Below are positions 53,901 through 64,000 of a stretch of 64,000 nt of DNA, piece by piece. The first letter of the stretch is position 1. The number at the start of each line of letters is the position of its first letter. This stretch comes from Eledone cirrhosa (lineage: Eukaryota), in assembly GCA_964016885.1 (NCBI GenBank), contig OZ024753.1, positions 22,010,001-22,074,000 on the forward strand, given 5' to 3'. The position numbers were made by a program, and so were the translations under genes. The notes beneath the pieces were generated by a model that was not told where the DNA came from, did not search any database, and worked only from the letters and a program-made list of their open reading frames with translations.

Positions 53901-54244
53901 TTGCTGTTGCACTTCCAGACGGCGAGGGTCCTCCTATGTTTCTGACATGCAGCGTCTGTGCGAGACTCTGCCTAAGCAAAGCTGGACTCGAAAGTCATCT
54001 TCGCAGTCATAAAGTAAGACCAGTGGTTGACTACCAGGCTGCTGTTGGAGATGCTACTCATCATGCTTGCCAAACATGTGGTAGAGAATGTAAATCAGCA
54101 GGAGGACTCAAGCGACATGCAAAAGTACACGAACTCCAACCACAGCCGACTATTCCCAGTAAATGTTTTGGTTGCCGACTCTGTGCAAGACATTTTAGAT
54201 CATTGGCTGGGCTAAAAAGCCACATTCGATCGCAGCACTGTTAG
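50960..54244 (+). CDS. RTE-clade (BovB-like) LINE ORF: APE endonuclease, reverse transcriptase and three C-terminal C2H2 zinc fingers; slightly 5'-truncated
   Basis: 1094 aa uninterrupted: ALSETR, SVYAPT, LGDFNARVG, TDHRLV, YRGISLL, QSGFR, FVDLTKAFD, GVKQG, YADD, YLGS; homology extends upstream to AKELRRYDLDI (~50927) with no native start. Confidence 0.95.
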   Translation: MALSETRLAGDGHLAEFCGEYTFFWKGRDEGTRREAGVGFAVKTVLVNKLEEFPVGISERLMSMRVPLDKGRYATLVSVYAPTMNSVDEEKLSFYHALKGVLRNIPQADKVIVLGDFNARVGRDFNTWNVIGRHGVGKCNSNGMLLLQMCEELDLCVTNTMFQQKNKFKTTWMHPASKEWHLLDYVLVRMRDRQDVQCVRVLRGAECWTDHRLVRAKVNLITKRKIRAPGVTLPKRLNAARLKDKNVKRTLEEEMQAADLGEDWPTLKKSVYDVGRRVLGLVQRKHQDWFNENDVHIEDLLADKRRALSRYLTAKPQERNTLHEELRDVKSRVRRSLSQMKDQWWSEKAGEIQTASDCNNTKLLYSLLREVYGPSSSLVTPIRSRDGKELLRDSQGILRRWREHFDDLLNQPSVVSEDFLNLIPESPVKVALAEPPTLVEVAVAISKLNSGRSPGMDGIHAELLQYGGERLLQHLHSLFGRIWANESVPEDWRDAVMVVLYKGKGNRNDCGNYRGISLLSVVGKVLCRVLLDRLLTHIADCVLPESQSGFRVGRGTTDMIFSARQLQEKCIEQGLDLYQVFVDLTKAFDTVNRDALWKILQKLGCPDKFLALVRSFHDDMKAWVNVGGNMSEPISVKNGVKQGDIPAPTLFAIYFAMVFCVAFRNCEHGVYIRYRTSGSIFNIRRFAAKTKVFTSVIRDLLYADDCDLVAHTESDMQHILNVFSDACTALGLTVSLKKTVVMYQPAPGGQYTEPNIYVYGKRLGVVDQFVYLGSTVNRYGNLDSEISLRIRKASDAFGKLERRLWGRRDICRRTKVRVYRACVLSCLLYACETWVTYRRHLRQLERFHQMCLRRIHGVRWRDHISDVEILESSMCDSIEALVLRQRLRWSGHLARMKDSRIPKQLFYGELVKGKRPPHKPKKRYRDSLKASLKDANISADTWENIAADRNKWRKTVYEGKVAFEASRIAHEKVKRDVRKGIAVALPDGEGPPMFLTCSVCARLCLSKAGLESHLRSHKVRPVVDYQAAVGDATHHACQTCGRECKSAGGLKRHAKVHELQPQPTIPSKCFGCRLCARHFRSLAGLKSHIRSQHC

Positions 54245-54377
54245 TTGCTATCGTGTGTTTGTGTGTGTATGTGTGTATATATGTGTGAGTGTATGTGTAT
54301 GTATGTGTGTGTGTATATATGTATGTATGTGTATGTATGTGTGTGTGTATATATATGTGTATGTATATATATATGTA

Positions 54378-54412
<35 letters not shown>

Positions 54413-54443
54413 CTTTTCCCTTTTTTTTTTTTTTTTTTTTTTC

Positions 54444-54491
<48 letters not shown>

Positions 54492-54510
54492 TTTTTTTTT
54501 TTATTTTTTT

Positions 54511-54558
54511 TGTTATTGTGCAATGGCCATACTCGATAACGAGGGGGCAGCCATCATA
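54511..54558 (+). other. RTE 3'-terminal stem-loop (TGGC..CTCG-ATAA-CGAG..GCCA) followed by a (TA)n tail
   Basis: Same motif ends the elements at ~29284, 35097(-), 46247(-) and 50725. Confidence 0.8.
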
Positions 54559-54750
54559 TATATATATACATTTTGTATATATATATATATATACACATTT
54601 TGAGTATATGTTGGTTGTTCACCGACACCTCAATACGCAGATTGGAGCACTCGACGAAGTACGCAGGTTGGTTTGTTTACTCCGGTGTAATGTAAAATAA
54701 GTAAGTCAAATATGTAAAATTTGGCTTCGTTTATTATAAATTATAAATAT

Positions 54751-54805
54751 ACTGCTATATGCATTTCGGTGACAGCCATCATTGGCTGTGACCTCGTCAG
54801 GCAGT
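54751..54805 (-). ncRNA. Minimal type-I hammerhead ribozyme in a pLTR-like element (~54700-55100)
   Basis: ACUGC-CUGACGA-GGU..ACAGCCA AUGA UGGCUGU..ACC-GAAA-U GCAU A-UA-GCAGU; compensated stem-II changes relative to 37883. Confidence 0.85.
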
Positions 54806-55648
54806 CCGAATTGGTTGTTGAAGTGTGTTTTACTCCGTCAATACATCGATATGTCCAGCTCCTGGTTGTATTGTTATTCTTCTGAGGAACTGGAATCATA
54901 TGAATTAGAACAAACGAATTTCGGTGTCATAGGACACGCTCGCATCCCATTGGTCAGTTGTGGGAACATTTCTCAGTCAAAAGTCTATAGAAATTTTTCT
55001 GAGGCAGGACAATCTGTTATAGTTGTTTTTCTTTAAGTACAGCTGACCTGCTCCATTGTGTTGGTAATGGTAGTGGTGTTAAGGGATCAGCTGGCAGGTC
55101 AGCTTTAGTTCGGCTGCTGCTATGTTTCGAAGAATTTGTGTGTGTAGGTTGGCATCTATCCTGTCACTATTTCACGTGGTGAGAGAGGGGGTGGGGTGCC
55201 AAACAAATAAAAAAAATAAAAAATGCGTTTGTGTTACAACCAATATCAAAATTTGAGAGATTTGAAAAATATTAACTGAAGTAGAAAACCTGTTTCAGAA
55301 TCGAGATGTGTAAAGAATTACAATTCTTATTTTATCATCGAGTGGTGCGTTTTAAGAGCAAATAAGATAAAGTGCAGTGTAAAACACCAGAACCTGAGTG
55401 TCAAAATCCTGAAAAGCAGAGGACGACAGTTCCTATTTCCGCATAAAGTACATATGTGTGTAAGTCAACGCACATCGTTGCAAGCACACACGCACAAACA
55501 CAGGCTCAGTTGTATTCCATATATATATATATATTATGTATAAATATTTCGTATCTTCAAGGAAATACGGTTTTAGGAAGTCGTATCTATGCAAACACCG
55601 GGGGGCTAACGCCCTCTGGTGATGTCCAGCAGAAGCAAAGGGGACAAG

Positions 55649-55688
55649 CGTCTATGCATTTCAGGCTTAACTGGCCTTCGTCAGGACG
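55649..55688 (-). ncRNA. Minimal hammerhead ribozyme downstream of a PLE endonuclease
   Basis: CGUC-CUGACGA-AGGC CAGUUAA GCCU-GAAA-U GC A-UA-GACG. Confidence 0.8.
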
Positions 55689-55859
55689 GCCCCTCCCACC
55701 ATACAGGCAAGTATCTATGTATGTATAATTTTAAACAACAGTATCTATTATGGACATATGTATAAGTATGTGTTGCTATAGGAGTCGATCGAGGCGGAGT
55801 AGGGGTAGTGAGTGTGTAAGGCGTGCTTTACCTTGGGCTCAATGTGACGGGGCTACTGT

Positions 55860-56180
55860 CCCTATAGCTTGAGGAAGGTCCCGGCCCTGATGTGTCTACA
55901 TGTACCGAAGAAGTCGGTCCTGGGGTTTATTAGGCTGCTTCCACCGCTGAGTATCTCGAGAGTCTCGCTCAAACATAGTTTGCAGATGCCAGATCCCCCT
56001 CTATGAGGTGGAACTTTCCTGATTTTGGCCAGAGAGTACGGGTTCCTGTCCAGCTTCAGCTTCCAGATCAGTTCGGAAAGAGCCGTACTTTTCCTTTTGT
56101 CCTCCTATTAAAGGAATGGCGATGGTTATACCATCTGTCTTTGAAGCTCGTTGATGTGGCTCCTATGTAAAGGTGCTCAG
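55860..56180 (-). pseudogene. PLE GIY-YIG endonuclease fragment, relative of 39076-39400
   Basis: YIGATSTSFKDRWYNH; STALSELIWKLKL; ICKLCLSETLEIL..LINPRTDFFGTCRH. Confidence 0.85.
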
Positions 56181-56204
56181 ATTGTTTTTTCATATATGAG
56201 TGAA

Positions 56205-56590
56205 ATTTGGTTGGTTGATGCAGTCACGTGAATAAATACATCAACTTTCGCGCCAGTTTAAGGTTGAATTTCTTTTTACTTAAAAAAGTGGCTCAAGAAG
56301 GTTTTTTTTAAATAAATGTAATTTGATTGGTTATAAATGAAATTAATTCTGTCACGTGAACAAGTACATTAAATTTCGCGCCCGTATTTGTGAATTTCTT
56401 TTTTGTAGCCATTTAGAGAATTTTGTGCCAAACAAAAGATAATGGTCAAGAAAATTGGATGGGAGAATTGTTCTGGTTCAGTGAATATGACTAACATCAG
56501 CAATCTATAATCCACAGTTATCTCCCTCACGCCGATCTATCGTGGGTTTACCTCCCCCAGGATAAGTGGCTGTTTCTGCGCATGCGTATT
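56205..56590. promoter_or_regulatory. Candidate Pol II promoter: duplicated GTCACGTGA + TTTCGCGCC module, CCAAT-like box, NRF1-like TGCGCATGCG
   Basis: CACGTG at 56225 and 56353; TTTCGCGCC at 56246 and 56374; ATTGG at ~56326; TGCGCATGCG at 56577. Confidence 0.4.
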
Positions 56591-56699
56591 CGTACGATGT
56601 TTTTCCTTTCCCGTACAACTTCATTCAGACCGAGCTGAGGATCCGAATAAGATGAAACATTTGTTCTCGGTATGGTGAACTAACTGTTTTGGAACTACT

Positions 56700-56761
<62 letters not shown>

Positions 56762-57211
56762 CGAAATATAGGTATATTTTATTTCTGAAATCAAGCGAAT
56801 TAATCTATTGAAGGAAAATATCGTGAAATATTATATTGCTGTCTGTGTATTTGGAAGCGAAATGTTTAACTTTTGAAAAGACAAAAATACATATTTCTAT
56901 ATAAGTGTAATATGGTAGGAGAGTAGATAGCTGCTGTTGACATATCGTATTGCGTCTTGGGAATGTAATGTAGACACATCGCTAAAATGATGTCATAGCG
57001 ACGTGTGGTGAAGATGTGTGGGTAGATCACCGTTTTATGAACCAGATGCCACCAACGAAATAATCGTTAATTTTAAGATAGTTAATTAAGGTCCTTAATT
57101 AAATGTTGAATCTACATAAGATTTCCGCGTATACACACGCACGCACACATATATATATACATATGCAGCCACGCATATATGCACATATATATATCACCCT
57201 ATATTTATGTA

Positions 57212-57261
<50 letters not shown>

Positions 57262-57322
57262 CATATATGCACTCGCACACAAAGACACATATATATACAT
57301 ATATTTATGTGTTTATAATATG

Positions 57323-57359
<37 letters not shown>

Positions 57360-57957
57360 TCGCACACACACACACACACACATGTGTATATATATATATA
57401 TATGTGTGTATACTTAATTTGAAACACGAACACAGACACAAACATTCAAGCCGGCATATATTTACGTGTGTAATTTTAATATATTAGAAAAATAAAACAC
57501 TTCCACAATCCGTGAAATTTCAAAATATCTTTAAAACTATCATTTTCGCTTCCAATTATTTCTAGTTTATGAAATTGTGATCAATAACGTTGCATTGTTT
57601 GTACAATCTGCTTCGATTAATATATGCATTAAATATAATTCTCTGGTATTTAATCATTGAACAGTCAAACCATCTGCGAATTAATTTGAATTATCACAGC
57701 ATTAAACGAATCAATTTTAGAACGTCTCTTGAAATGGACAAGATTTATTTGCCCTAAACTACCACCAGATGGAGCGCGTCTCTTAATGTGATGTATGTTT
57801 GTCGATAATAAGTGATTTCGATTCGGCTGCACTCGCAGAATTACTATTCAAAAACTTTCTATGAATTAATTTAGTAATCTATCATGAGATCACAATTGAA
57901 CACAGAAAACAATGTTTCCATTGGTCTTTTCATTGTTGATCTGCTGGCTGGTCGTAA

Positions 57958-58072
57958 TTTCTGGCAGAAGTAGTTAGGGGGCTTAACTCACGATCGCAAA
58001 TTCTAGGTGCGATTCCTAGACTGAACGGCTACTTGTGTTCTTAAGCAAAATATTTTATTTGATGTTTCTCCT
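57958..58072 (+). mobile_element. Degenerate tRNA-derived SINE head
   Basis: A-box-like TGGCAGAAGTAGTTAG, B-box-like GGTGCGATTCC, then TTGTGTTCTTAAGCAAAA resembling a common SINE body. Confidence 0.45.
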
Positions 58073-59051
58073 GCCTGGCATTGCCAACGGCAGAGCATAT
58101 CACCAACGGGAAGACCAGCGGAAACGTTGTATACTTGGTCCGATATAATGACCAGTTTCCTGCGTATTTCTTTAACAAGAACGTGAGTTGCTAGAGTGGA
58201 GGATGGAACGCTTTGGTCCGGCTCTTTGCAATCTGAGTTGAAATTATTTAGAGAGCAATTTTGTCTCCAATTAATTTTGATGTGAATTTGAATAATTCCA
58301 ATTAATCATGATGTGAATTTGAATAAATTTCGTTATAATCTTTTTATAAAGTCTACAATCTATTATTAGTTGTTTGGCAATATTTTCATTTACACTGATT
58401 TCTGGTAACATGGAGGTAATATATTTTTTCTATACAGGTAAAATCCTGACAGCGGTGACACGTGGTTTCAGCTGTTAGGTTCAGCAAAACGTTTCTATAG
58501 ATTTAGTCTTGATTTAGCTAAAGTTATCTCTGTTTCTGTGCATATAGAAACCAGATTCCAGAGAGATTAGAAAGGTACGACTAGTATATGTTGTTTACTA
58601 GATAGGTTTTGAATATCGAATAGTGAGCTTCAGAGAGAGAGAGAGAGAACATGCTATAGGCTTCATGGTTCGGTAGGTCAATGGTGTAACGTTATTTAAA
58701 TCCCTGATCGAAGACATTATAACTTAACGACGCCGTTCAAACTATTGAGAATTGAAGGAATATTCCAGTTTTTCATTTATCCCCACCTCTGTCAATTCTT
58801 TATCGTCAAAGTGAAAACCACGAAACGATGTACTATTCCAAGCTCAGGATATAAGTCTCTGTCGGGCAGATTTCATAAATAGATATCAGATCATAACTAA
58901 AGTAAATTAATTTCTCGGTTGGTAACGACTTTAAGAAAGCTATGAACATCATTCATAAAATCTCTTCCAAAAAAAAAGAAGTGTACAAGAATAGGAGATT
59001 ACTAAAGCAGTATAACAGTAAGAGCACTATATTAAATCTATTACTCTATAC

Positions 59052-59172
59052 CAGCGTTCCTCAACATTTTTACCCTTATGGAACTCGTGCATAAATATCA
59101 TATTTATCACTGTTTCTCGTGGAAACCCTAGCAAGTGTTGTGGAACACTAGAGCTCAGTTGAGAAGCGTTAT
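59052..59172. mobile_element. Possible small hAT (Charlie-like) MITE
   Basis: Imperfect TIRs CAGCGTTCCTCAAC / GTTGAGAAGCGTT; no clear TSD. Confidence 0.35.
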
Positions 59173-59514
59173 GAGATTGTGTTTGCTCTGTATTCTTAGT
59201 TCACACTCCGCTGGAGTATATTTGACTTTAACCAATAGTAACTGGTCTTGTTGTTTCCTGACAACTTTAATATGTCGAGATGATTTTCAGTGTGAGAGCG
59301 GCCTCTCTACTTTCTTTTTAGTAGTGTATGAACCTTAATATCCGAGATAATGAAGTGTAAAGATTATTTTTAAAGATGTTGTAAGTATACTAAACTTGAC
59401 AAATGGAAAGTTATTAATATTTCTTAAGATTCTTTCCATGGCATCTCTATAAAATATTTGTCTACATCACATTACCTCACTTCGTTTCTCTTCGTATCTT
59501 CTATTGATTTCAAC

Positions 59515-62500
59515 TGATGTGGTATATATACCATAAGTGGTGTGGTGGTATATATACCATTAGTGGTGTGGTGGTATATATACCATTAGTGGTGTGATGG
59601 TATATATACCATTAGTGATGTGGTGGTATATATACCATTAATGGTGTGATGGTATATACACCATTAGTGATGTGGTATATATACCATTAGTGATGTGGTG
59701 GTATATATACCATTAATGGTGTGATGGTATATACACCATTAGTGATGTGGTATATATACCATTAGTTATGTGGTATATACACCATTAGAGATGTGGTATT
59801 TACAACATTAGTGATATGGTATATACACCATTAGTGATGTGGTATATACACCATTAGTGATGTGGTATATACACCATTAGTGGTGTGGTATATACACCAT
59901 TAGTGATGTAGTATATACACCATTAGTGGTGTGATGGTATATACACCATTACTAGTGTGGTGGTATATACACCATTAGTGATGTGGTATATACACCATTA
60001 GTGATGTGATGGTATATACACGATTAGTGGTGTGGTATATACACCATTAGTGATGTGGTATATACACCATTAGTGATGTGGTATATACGCCATTAGTGGT
60101 GTGGTATATACACCATTAGTGAATGTGGTATATATGCCATTAGTGTTGTAGTATATACACCATTAGTGATGTGGTATATACACCATTAGTGATGTCGTAT
60201 ATACACCATTAGTGATGTAGTATATACACAATTAGTGATGCTGTATATACACCATTAGTGATGTGGTATAAACACCATTAGTGGTGTGGTATATATACAC
60301 CATTAGTAGTGTGGTATATACACCATCCAGTGATGTGGTATATACACCATCAGAGATGTAGTATATATACCATTATTGATGTGGTATATACACCATTAAT
60401 GATGTGGTGCTATATACAGCATTAGTGATGAGGTATATACACCATTAGTGATGTGGTATATACACCATTAGTGATGTGGTATATACACCATAAGTGGTGT
60501 GATGGTATATACACCATTAGTGGTGTGGTATATGGACAATTAGTGATGTGATGGTATATACACCATTAGTGATGTGGTATATACACCATTAGTGGTGTGG
60601 TATATGGACAATTAGTGATGTGGTGGTATATACACCATTAGTGATGTGGTATATACACCATTAGTGATGTGGTATATACACCATCCAGTGATGTGGTATA
60701 TACACCATTAGTGATGTGGTATATACACCATTCAATGATGTGGTATATACACCATTAGTGATGTGGTATATACACCATTAGTGATGTGGTATATACACCA
60801 TTATTGATGTGGTATATACACCATTAGTGATGTGGTATATACACCATTAGTGATGTGGTTTATATACACCATTAGTGATGTGGTATATACACCATTAATG
60901 GTGTGTTATATACACCATTAGTGAAGTGGTATATACACCATTAGTGATGTGGTATATACGCCATTAGTGATGTGGTATATACACCATTAGTAATGTGGTA
61001 TATACACCATTAGTGATGTAGTATATACAACATTAGTGATGTGGTATATACACCATTAGTGATGTGGTATATACACCATTAGTGATGTGGTATATACACC
61101 ATAAGTGATGTGGTATATACACCATTAGTGATGTGGTATATACACCATTAGTGATGTGGTATATACACCATACAGTGATGTGGCATATACACCATTAGTG
61201 ATGTGGTATATACACTATTAGTGGTGTGATGGTATATACTCCATTACTAGTGTGGTGGTATATACACCATTAGTTATGTGGCATATACACCATCAATGGT
61301 GTTGTATATACACCATTAGTGATATGGTATATACACCATTAGTGGTGTGGTATATCCACAATTAGTGGTGTGATGGTATATACACCATTAGTGATGGTAT
61401 ATACACCATTATTGGTGTGGTGGTATATACACCATTAGTGATGTGGTATATACACCATTACTGATGTGGTATATACACCATTAGTGATGTGGTATATACG
61501 CCATTAATGGTGTGGTATATACACCATTAGTGAATGAGGTATGTACGCCATTAGTGATGTAGTATATACACCATTAGTGATGTGGTATATACACCATTAG
61601 TGATGTGGTATATACACCATTACTGATGTGGTATATACACAGTTTGTGATGTGGTATATACGCCATTAATGGTGTGGTATATACACCATTAGTGAATGAG
61701 GTATGTACGCCATTAGTGATGTAGTATATACACCATTAGTGATGTGGTATATACACCATTAGTGATGTGGTATATACACCATTAGTGATGTCGTATATAC
61801 ACCATTAGTGATGTAGTATATACACAATTAGTGATGTTGTATATACACCATTAGTGATGTAGTATAAACACCATTAGTGGTGTGGTATATATACACCATT
61901 AGTGGTGCGGTATATACACCATCCAGTGATGTGGTATATACACTATCAGAGATGTAGTATATACACCATTATTGATGTGGTATATACACCATTAATGATG
62001 TGGTGGTATATACAGCATTAGTGATGTGGTATATACACCATTAGTGATGTGGTATATACACCATTAGTGTTGTGGTATATACACCATTAGTGATGTAGTA
62101 TATACACCATTAGTGATGTGGTATATACACCATTATTGATGTGGTATATACACCATCCAGTGATGTATATATATACAAAATTAGTGATGTAGTATATACA
62201 CCATTAGTGATGTAGTATATACACCATTAGTGATGTGGTATATACACCATTAGTGGTGTGGTATATATACCATCAGTAATGTGGTATATACACCATTAGT
62301 GATGTGGTATATACACCATTAGTGATGTGGTATATACACCATTAGTGATGTGGTATATACACCATTAGTGATGTGGTATATACACCATTAGTGGTGTGAT
62401 GGTATATACACCATTAGTGTTGTGGTATATACAAAATTAGTGATATGGTATATACACCATTAGTGATGTGGTATATACGCCATTAATGGTGTGGTATATA

Positions 62501-64000
62501 CACCATTAGTTAATGAGGTATGTACGCCATTAGTGATGTAGTATATACACCATTAGTGATGTGGTATATACACCATTAGTGATGTCGTATATACACACTT
62601 AGTGATGTAATATATACACAATTAGTGATGTTGTATATACACCATTAGTGATGTGGTATAAACACCATTAGTGGTGTGGTATATATACATCATTAGTGGT
62701 GTGGTATATACACCATCCAGTGATGTGATATATACACCATCAGAGATGTAGTATATACACCATTATATATGTGGTATATATACCATTAATGATGTGATGG
62801 TATATACAGCATTAGTGGTGTGGTATATACACCATTAGTGATGTGGTATATACACCATTGGTGATGTAGTATATATAACATTAGTGATGTGGTATATACA
62901 CCATTATTGATGTGTTATATACACCATCCAGTGATGTGGTATATACACCATTAGTGATGTAGTATACACACCATTAGTGATGTAGTATATACACAATTAG
63001 TGATGTGGTATATACACCATTAGTGGTGTGGTATATACACCATTAGTGATGTGGTATATACACCATTAGTGATGTAGTATATACACCATTTGTGATGTGG
63101 TATATAAACCATTAGTGATGTGGTGGTATATACACTATCAGTGATGTAGTATATACACCATTAATGATGTGGTATATACACCATTAGTGGTGTGATAGTA
63201 TATACACCATTAGTAGTGCAGTGGTATATACACTATTAGTGATGTGGTATATACACCATTAATAGTGTGGTATATACACCATTAATGATGTGGTATATAC
63301 ACCATTAGTTATGTGGTATATACACCATTAGTGGTGTGATAGTATATACACCAGTAGTAGTGCCGTGGTATATACACCATTAGTGATGTGGTATATACAT
63401 CATTAGTGATGTAGTATATACACCATTAGTGATGTGGTATATATACCATTAGAGATGTAGTATATACACCATTAGTGATGTGGTATATAGAGCATTAGTG
63501 ATGTGGTATATTCACCATCCAGTGATGTAGTATATACACCATTAGTGATGTGGTATATACACCATTAGTGATGTGGTATACACATAATTATTGATGTGGT
63601 ATATACACCATCCAGTGATGTGGTATATACACCATTAGTGACGTGGTGGTATATACACCATCCAGTGATGTGGTATATACACCATTAGTGATGTGGTATA
63701 TATACCATCAGTGATGTGGGATATAAACCATTAGTGATGTTGTATATACACAATTAGTGATGTGGTATATACACCATTAGTGATGTGGTATATACACCAT
63801 TAGTGATGTAGCATATACTCCATTAGTGATGTGGTGGTGTATACACCATTAGTGATGTAGTACATACACCATTAGTGATGTGGTATATACACCATCAGTG
63901 GTGTGGTATATACACCATTAGTGATGTGGTATATACACCATCAGTAGTGTAGTATATACACCATTAGTGATGTGGTATATAGACCATTAGTGATGTAGTA
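59515..64000. repeat. 23-bp tandem satellite GTGGTATATACACCATTAGTGAT with 24-26-bp variants, ~190 units, open at the right window edge
   Basis: GTGGT at 62281, 62304, 62327 and onward. Confidence 0.98.

Noticed and set aside
29241-57487. Dozens of YIYI/CVCV/HTHT ORFs
   Set aside because: Translations of TA/CA microsatellites
58185-58275. Further degenerate SINE fragment (CCGGCTCTTTGCAATCTGAGTTGAAAT)
   Set aside because: Too diverged to support without a library search

Overview
Eukaryotic, repeat-saturated window with no recognisable intact host gene, rRNA, tRNA or CRISPR array. The (TA)n-rich background and element families resemble an invertebrate, possibly cephalopod, genome (inference). 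A 28-bp satellite (1-~23650, with higher-order structure) and a 23-bp quasi-palindromic satellite (~59515-64000) bracket a ~36-kb island of nested mobile elements. The island holds a mariner remnant, decayed R4/Dong-like RT+restriction-like-endonuclease LINEs, several Penelope-like elements (PLEs) with about ten hammerhead-ribozyme-like motifs and inverted pseudo-LTRs, a 5'-inverted RTE-like LINE, and a long open RTE ORF (APE-RT-3xC2H2) with four short bipartite derivatives. Best lead: the RTE and its derivatives share a covarying 12-15 bp helix between the end of the 5' module and the sequence just before the 3' terminal stem-loop, and every internal deletion breaks just after the 5' arm. A duplicated E-box/E2F module at ~56.2-56.6 kb may be a host promoter. 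All alignments and folds were done by eye, so boundaries are approximate.
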